Assembly (NCBI GenBank): GCA_965227775.1
Contig: OZ245777.1
Location: 576,001 to 640,000 of the forward strand
Origin: Phycisphaerales bacterium
GTDB lineage: Bacteria; Planctomycetota; Phycisphaerae; Phycisphaerales; UBA1924
DNA: 64,000 bases
Direction of reading: 5' to 3'
The stretch's first letter is position 1; the number at the start of each line of letters is the position of its first letter. The notes beneath the pieces are model-generated. The model was not told the DNA's origin and ran no database searches. It saw only the letters and a list, made by a program, of their open reading frames with translations. Below are positions 58,124 to 64,000 of the stretch, piece after piece. The translations under genes and the position numbers were made by a program.

Positions 58124-60742
58124 ATGTGGGGATGTCGCGTACGAAGTGTGGTCGGGTCGTTCGTGCTTTCGGCGGCTGCGCTTGCCGATCCGGCGCCGAT
58201 CTCGGGCGTGGTAACAAGCGAAGCCGGCGGCACCATCGATGGCGCGCGCGTTGTGATCTGGACGGGCGAGGCGATCAATGAGGTCCCGCTGCTCTGTCCG
58301 AGTTGCTACGCCGATTGCGGCCGGGCCGAGACTACCGACCAAGCTGGCGCGTTCACGTTCGATGAGGTCGACGACGAGGTCGCCTTCCGGCTGGTCATCG
58401 TGGCCGATGGGCACCACCCGCTGCACACACCCTACGTGACGCCGGGACAGGAGCCCCGAACGTTCCAGCTGCGTCCGCGAGAGGCCGTCGAAGACCCCGC
58501 CCGGCTGATCCGCGGCAGGGTTGTGGACGCCGAGGGGCGGCCCATCGCCGACGCGATGGTGGATCCACAGCTCTGGTGGTTCGAGGGACGCCGTGGCGGA
58601 AGCTATCTCGAAGGCTCGGATCCGTTCGCCTTTACCGGCGCCGACGGTCGCTTCGAGCTCGCGGCTGGCTCGCCGGTGCACGGAGCCATGCTCCACATCG
58701 AGGGCCCGGTGATGGCGCCGAGATACGTCGAACTCGTGCGGTCGGGCTTGCCGCCAGAAGACCAGCCCGACATCACGCTGCACACCGGCGTCACGGTCAA
58801 CGGTCGCTTGGTAGGGACCGATGGCCAGCCGCTGCCCGACGTCACGCTGAACCTCAGGTCCGTCAGTCGATTCATCGGCGTGTACTACGGCCCGGTCACG
58901 TATGGCACCGACGAGAACGGGCGCTTCAGCTTCCAGAACGTGCCCGCAAATATGGCCGTCGAGATCGTCGGCGGCATGGTCGAACTCCGTGGTCACGGCG
59001 TGCCCGAGGCGACGCTGTTGACCACTGGCGACAACGACACAACCTCCGACGTGGGCGACATCCACCTCGAGCCAGGACACACGATCCGGGGCCGTGTCGT
59101 GCTCAGCGACGGCAAGCCGCTGCCCCCGAACGGACGGAAGATCGAGTTTGGCGCTCGCGGAGACCTGCAGCGTGCGGACGTCGGTGATGACGGCTCGTTC
59201 GTGCTCGAGAACGTGCCAGCGGGCGAGGCCAGCATGAGCGTGCAGATGCCCGGCTACCACATCAGCCGCTGGAACCCCAACCGCGACCAGGTAAATCGCG
59301 GCCTGATCGGCACAGTCACGGGCAACATCGACGACTTCGTCGTGCTGCTCGAACCCGGCTTGGAGCGGCAACAGGCCGATTGGCATCGATTCCGCACGGG
59401 CGAGCACGTGCCGACGCTCCGAGGTATCGACGAGCCGCTCCCCCAGGCGGTCGGTGGACGCCTGCGCGCCATTACGATCGACCCACGTGTCGCGAGCGCC
59501 GAGGGTTGGAAGAACCAACCCTGGCACGCAACGGTGACGCTTGCTGCCGACACAACTCCGGACACTCCTCGAACGATCGATGTGTCGGCGAGCGACCCGA
59601 CACGACCATACCTGCCCGCCCAGCAGTGGACCATCGAGGCGATGCACGAACTCGTCGGGCTCCAGTGGCCTGAAGAGTTTGGTGACGCCCGCGTGCTGCG
59701 GTTTGAGCTGCGCGAGGGTGAGAACCACGCAGACACCATCGTCGATCGTGGCTTCCCGGGCATGAGCCGCTTCGTGCTCCACGAGCCGCAGCAAGCGGGC
59801 GAGGCGAACGTTTCGCTCGGCCGAGTGCTAGACGCATCGGGCCAGCCCATTGCCAGCGCGCACGTCACGCCCGTCGCGTACTGGAAGCACAGCACCGGAC
59901 GCTCGCCGTGGCCCGGCGGCACTCGGATGACCGCGACCGACGACCAGGGTCGCTTCGGCGTGAGCGCCACCGAGGGCTACGACCGCGTGCAGGTGCGCGT
60001 CTCGGCACCGGGACATGCCGACCAGCAGTTCGACATCGTGCCGGATGAGCAACGGCGAGATCTGGTACTGGCGCCGTCCGCGGCGTTGTTGATGATCGCC
60101 CTCGAAGCCGCAGGCGATCCGGCCCGGCACGCAGTGGCAACGCTCTGGCGCCAGAACGACTCGCGGCTATGGACGGTCATCGACTTCGCTATGGCCGACA
60201 GAGCAGGGAGCATCACCTTCGAGCAGGCGCCCTCGGGCGAACGCTTGCAGGTCATCATCGAGGATGCTGCGGCAGACTCCAACACTGCCTGGAGCGTGGT
60301 CGAGGTCGATCCCATCAAAGCCAAGTCTCATGATCTCGGAGAGATGAGAGCCGTCCAGACCGCGCTTATCACCGGCCAACTCGTCGCGCGCCACGATGTG
60401 GACCTTTGGGAGCGGCCAGCGATCGTGCTCCTCCGTGCGGCAACAGGTGAACGCTTCACCGTCTGGCCCGATGACCAGGGACAGTTCGCCTTCCCACCCG
60501 TTCCCGCCGGCGATGCATACGCGTTGACCTATCACGGACCGGGCTACCTGCACCCAGCGCACGGCGCCACCATCCAGGGCTTTGCCGCTGGATCGACCGC
60601 CGTCGGCGGCAGGCTGGAGGGCGATACGTTCCTGCGTCTGATGATCGAGCCCACGTGGGATGGCGGTGAGTCGCCGCAATTTGTGGGACAGGACCGCTCG
60701 CGGCCATTTACGAGTGTGTTCGGGCGTGGCCAGACGAGGTAA
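58124..60742 (+). CDS. Secreted protein with repeated carboxypeptidase-regulatory-like domains
   Basis: Repeats of GRVVDAEGRPIADA / T(D)xxGRF; N-terminal CPSCYADC. Confidence 0.8.
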   Translation: MWGCRVRSVVGSFVLSAAALADPAPISGVVTSEAGGTIDGARVVIWTGEAINEVPLLCPSCYADCGRAETTDQAGAFTFDEVDDEVAFRLVIVADGHHPLHTPYVTPGQEPRTFQLRPREAVEDPARLIRGRVVDAEGRPIADAMVDPQLWWFEGRRGGSYLEGSDPFAFTGADGRFELAAGSPVHGAMLHIEGPVMAPRYVELVRSGLPPEDQPDITLHTGVTVNGRLVGTDGQPLPDVTLNLRSVSRFIGVYYGPVTYGTDENGRFSFQNVPANMAVEIVGGMVELRGHGVPEATLLTTGDNDTTSDVGDIHLEPGHTIRGRVVLSDGKPLPPNGRKIEFGARGDLQRADVGDDGSFVLENVPAGEASMSVQMPGYHISRWNPNRDQVNRGLIGTVTGNIDDFVVLLEPGLERQQADWHRFRTGEHVPTLRGIDEPLPQAVGGRLRAITIDPRVASAEGWKNQPWHATVTLAADTTPDTPRTIDVSASDPTRPYLPAQQWTIEAMHELVGLQWPEEFGDARVLRFELREGENHADTIVDRGFPGMSRFVLHEPQQAGEANVSLGRVLDASGQPIASAHVTPVAYWKHSTGRSPWPGGTRMTATDDQGRFGVSATEGYDRVQVRVSAPGHADQQFDIVPDEQRRDLVLAPSAALLMIALEAAGDPARHAVATLWRQNDSRLWTVIDFAMADRAGSITFEQAPSGERLQVIIEDAAADSNTAWSVVEVDPIKAKSHDLGEMRAVQTALITGQLVARHDVDLWERPAIVLLRAATGERFTVWPDDQGQFAFPPVPAGDAYALTYHGPGYLHPAHGATIQGFAAGSTAVGGRLEGDTFLRLMIEPTWDGGESPQFVGQDRSRPFTSVFGRGQTR

Positions 60743-60799
60743 TGCTCGGTCGGTGCCTCAAGTCTTGGTCTTGCGCGCATCGAACCTACCATTGCGGGT

Positions 60800-61294
60800 A
60801 TGGCAGACCTTGCTCCGAATCAGCAGCAGACTCCGGCCCTGCGCATCACCGAACCTCTGTGTGCCGTGTTCCGGCGTCAGCTGAAGGCCGAGGGCCAGAA
60901 GTACACCCCCGAGCGGGCCCAGGTGCTCGACGCGATCATCCAGATCGACCGCATCTTCGAAGCGGAGCAGGTCATCGACGAGCTGCGTACGCGGGGGCAT
61001 CGCGTCAGCAAGGCCACCGTGTACCGCACGATCCACCTGCTGCAGGAAGCCGGCATTCTCCAACGCGTGCTGACCGAGGGCGATCAGGCCCAATACCAGC
61101 TCGCCTACGGCGAGAGCCCCAGCGACACGCTTGTCCGGCTCGATACGCGCGAGACGGTTTCGATCGACGTGCCCGAGCTCGCCGCGATTCGCGACCGCAT
61201 CTGCAAGGAATTGGGGCTTTCACCCCAGGGCCACCGGCTGCAGATCTTCGCGGTTGCGCCCGAATCGGCGCCAGCGAGTGACAACTCGGCCTAA
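60800..61294 (+). CDS. Fur-family transcriptional regulator, atypical
   Basis: KYTPERAQVL and VSKATVYRTIHLL winged helix; C-terminal GHRLQIFA. Confidence 0.85.
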   Translation: MADLAPNQQQTPALRITEPLCAVFRRQLKAEGQKYTPERAQVLDAIIQIDRIFEAEQVIDELRTRGHRVSKATVYRTIHLLQEAGILQRVLTEGDQAQYQLAYGESPSDTLVRLDTRETVSIDVPELAAIRDRICKELGLSPQGHRLQIFAVAPESAPASDNSA

Positions 61295-61374
61295 GCGCTT
61301 GTGACGCTAGATCGTGGCTTGAGAAGCTGAGTCCCGTGCTGCTCCCGACTGGGCATCGTACAAAGCGAGCCTTG

Positions 61375-62403
61375 CTAGGTATCAAGACTCGCGAGCAAAC
61401 GATCTGAAGCAGACAATCCGCTCAGAAAAGCGCCCTCGACGCGGCCGCCGTGGCACCAATCGCCGGCAACGGCGAGGCGCGCCCTCGCATCGAGCATGCA
61501 GCCTCCATTGACCTGCGCCTGCGTCTGCGCGTATCGCCACCGGTGCGCAGCCGCGTGCTCGGGCGCAGGCAGGTCGATCTGTAATGCCTCGCCCAGAGCT
61601 GGCAAGAGCGCGTTGACCACGTTCTCTCGCTCCAACTCGATGTTCGCCTCGCTCCATCGCGGCCCCGCGTGCAGCACCCATCGTTCGCCCGCCGGCCTGC
61701 CGGGCTTGTTCGAGTCGCGAGCGGCCCAGGAAAGTGGATGACCGTTGAGATTGATGAACACTCCATCGGCCTCGATCGGCAGGCGGTCGTCGAAGGCAGC
61801 CATCACCGCCCAGCACGGCCGCATCTCGCAGGCCTGGGCTCGCCCTGCCAGTTTGGGCAAGCCTTGCAGCAAGGCGACAGACTGCGGCGCGGGCGTCGCG
61901 ACAACAAGTGCGTCGTAGCGCGCTGCTTCTCCATCTGACAGGTGCACGAGCCACGCACCTTCCGATCGCTCGATCCGATCAACCGTTGTCGAGTATCGCA
62001 CGACGACATCGCTTGCCATCGCAGCCACGATGGCGTTCATCCCTGGCGTGCCAACAAACCTAGTTGGCCCGTCGGGCTTCGGAAGGGCCTTCCCTGGCTC
62101 GTCGACGGTACCGATGACGGCGTCCCAAGCGGCACACACCCCCTCGTGCTGCCACCGCTCGACAACTGGAATAAATCGCTCGTCCCGTGCTGTGAAGTAC
62201 TGCGCACCATGGTCAAAGGAAACGGCGTTGCCTGCAAGATCGACTCGTCGAGTCGATGCCCGACCGCCGGCGCCGCGGCCCTTATCGAAGACCTCGACAC
62301 TGACGCCACTCTCGGCAAGTCGACGCGCCGCCGCCAACCCCGCGATACCCGCGCCGATGATGCCCACACTCGGCGAACGTCCCTGCGATCTTGCGATTGA
62401 CAT
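61375..62403 (-). CDS. Renalase-like FAD-dependent oxidoreductase
   Basis: IIGAGIAG, DKGRGAGGRASTRR, FDHGAQYF, HRWRYA, GDWC...VEGAFLSG. Confidence 0.92.
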   Translation of the reverse strand: MSIARSQGRSPSVGIIGAGIAGLAAARRLAESGVSVEVFDKGRGAGGRASTRRVDLAGNAVSFDHGAQYFTARDERFIPVVERWQHEGVCAAWDAVIGTVDEPGKALPKPDGPTRFVGTPGMNAIVAAMASDVVVRYSTTVDRIERSEGAWLVHLSDGEAARYDALVVATPAPQSVALLQGLPKLAGRAQACEMRPCWAVMAAFDDRLPIEADGVFINLNGHPLSWAARDSNKPGRPAGERWVLHAGPRWSEANIELERENVVNALLPALGEALQIDLPAPEHAAAHRWRYAQTQAQVNGGCMLDARARLAVAGDWCHGGRVEGAFLSGLSASDRLLASLDT

Positions 62404-62544
62404 GCCCAACTATTGGCTGCACGCCGCCAGGGTGCGCTTCATTCTGGGGATGACCACGAGGCACTACCTACCATCGGGTGGTCACTCGCACGATTGGTGT
62501 GCGGCTTGGCGTGGTCTATCGCGGAAGCCTGAGCGGAGAGATCG

Positions 62545-64000
62545 ATGATGAGAGTGTGGTTTTTCCTGGCCGCGGCAATGCTGTTGGCGAGCCCAATGCG
62601 TTTACTCGCCCAGGATGGTGCGAGTCTTGCACCTTTCGCCCCCACCGACGTGTTCGAGCTCGAGCGCGCCGGCGATCCACAGATATCACCCGACGGGCGC
62701 ACGATTGTGTACACGCGATTAGGCTTCGATGTCCTGCAGGACCGCGGAACATCATCGCTCTGGATCATCAACGAGGACGGAACGGGGCACGAACCGTTGG
62801 TTGTGCTCGAGGCCGGCGTGTCGCAGCCGCGGTGGTCTCCTGCAGGCGATCGCATCGCCTTCGTCTCGAGTTTTGATGGGCGCTCGCAGATCTTCGTGCA
62901 TCACATCGGTAGCGGCCGAACCGCACCGATCACCCGTCTAACGCAGTCGCCCAGCTCGCTGGCGTGGTCGCCCGATGGTCGCCATATCGCGTTTGGTATG
63001 TTCGTGCCCGGTGAGGGCGCGCAGGCCGCGGCGATGCCCCGCGCCCCCAAGGACGCGGACTGGGGTCCACCCATCGAGATCATCGACGACCTGGTTTATC
63101 GAATCGACGGTCGTGGCGATCTCGAGCCGGGCAACACCCACCTGTTTGTGGTCTCCGCCGAGGGCGGTACAGCGCGACAGCTCACCTCGGGCGAGTTCGA
63201 TCACAACGGGCCCTACTCGTGGACACCAGACGGTGCGAGCATCGTGCTCAGCGCCAATCGCCGCGAAGATCGCGAGCTCGAGCCGTTGGACGCCGACCTG
63301 CACGCTCTCGACGTCGCGACGGGCGAGGTCACCCAGCTCACAACGCGGTATGGTCCGGACACGCAGCCCGCAGTCTCGCCCGATGGGCGCACGATCGCGT
63401 ACGTCGGGTTCGACGACCGCTTCCAGGCGTACCAGCCCGAGAAGCTGTACCTCGTCGACATCGATGGCTCCAACCCGCGTATCGTCACCGAGGGGCTCGA
63501 TCGTGAGGTCGCGGCACCGGTGTGGAGCGCCGATGGTCGGTCGATCAACGTGCGTTCCACCGATCTCGGGCGCACCAAGATCCTCCGCATTGATTCAACT
63601 AGCGGCACCATTACTGAGGTCGCCAGCGACCTGGGCGGCATGTCGCTCGGTCGTCCCTACGGCGGAGGCTCGTTCACCGTCAGCAACAATGGCATCGTTG
63701 CTTTCTCTCAGGCGTCCCATACAAGGCCCGCCGAGCTTGCAGTCGCAAGGCGAGGCATCGTGCGAACCATCACCGATCTCAATGGCGATCTTATGGACCA
63801 TCGAGATGTGCGACCCATCGAGATGTTCTGGACCGACTCGACGATCGATGACAAGCGAATCCAGGGCTGGTACGTGACGCCACCCGGCTTCGACCGATCG
63901 AAGAATTACCCGATGATCCTCGAGATCCACGGCGGGCCCGTTGCGGACTACGGCCCCCGATTCGCGAGCGAGATCCAGCTGTTCGCTGCCGCGGGCTATG
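62545..64000 (+). CDS. S9-family (acylaminoacyl/dipeptidyl) peptidase, partial
   Basis: Manual translation MMRVWFFLAAAMLLA...DPQISPDG, repeated WSPDG propeller blades, and YPMILEIHGGP near the window end. Confidence 0.9.
   Translation, partial: MMRVWFFLAAAMLLASPMRLLAQDGASLAPFAPTDVFELERAGDPQISPDGRTIVYTRLGFDVLQDRGTSSLWIINEDGTGHEPLVVLEAGVSQPRWSPAGDRIAFVSSFDGRSQIFVHHIGSGRTAPITRLTQSPSSLAWSPDGRHIAFGMFVPGEGAQAAAMPRAPKDADWGPPIEIIDDLVYRIDGRGDLEPGNTHLFVVSAEGGTARQLTSGEFDHNGPYSWTPDGASIVLSANRREDRELEPLDADLHALDVATGEVTQLTTRYGPDTQPAVSPDGRTIAYVGFDDRFQAYQPEKLYLVDIDGSNPRIVTEGLDREVAAPVWSADGRSINVRSTDLGRTKILRIDSTSGTITEVASDLGGMSLGRPYGGGSFTVSNNGIVAFSQASHTRPAELAVARRGIVRTITDLNGDLMDHRDVRPIEMFWTDSTIDDKRIQGWYVTPPGFDRSKNYPMILEIHGGPVADYGPRFASEIQLFAAAGY

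Noticed and set aside
57425..59794. 789-aa minus-strand ORF
   Set aside because: Antisense to the C45 and repeat-protein genes; no recognisable domain.
1..64000. Prophage, IS elements, rRNA, tRNA or known anti-phage systems
   Set aside because: No integrase, transposase, phage structural, rRNA/tRNA or recognisable defence-gene signatures seen by eye.

Overview
GC-rich bacterial chromosome window, most likely from a Phycisphaerales-type planctomycete. This is an inference from two GC-type dockerin-tailed secreted proteins, an expanded family of CxxC..CPECG zinc-ribbon membrane proteins and LptD. About 57 genes are supportable. Housekeeping genes include scpB, rny, thiC (with a TPP riboswitch), rsmA, sucD, lptD, metH, gabD and gabT, alongside many secreted or membrane hypotheticals. 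I saw no rRNA, tRNA, CRISPR array, integrase or transposase. Most interesting: (1) a gabD/gabT-CN-hydrolase-decarboxylase-ATP-grasp-C45 cluster suggesting an uncharacterised amine acylation/deacylation pathway; (2) an archaeal-type adenylate kinase fused to a nucleoside deoxyribosyltransferase-like domain, heading an apparent operon with zinc-ribbon membrane proteins, a globin and a flavodoxin; (3) metH split into two overlapping ORFs at a domain boundary; (4) a structured 6S-like RNA upstream of rny; (5) an SD-sequestering leader on an RRM-desaturase operon; (6) recurrent leaderless and CTG starts. All protein assignments come from motif recognition by eye, not database searches.
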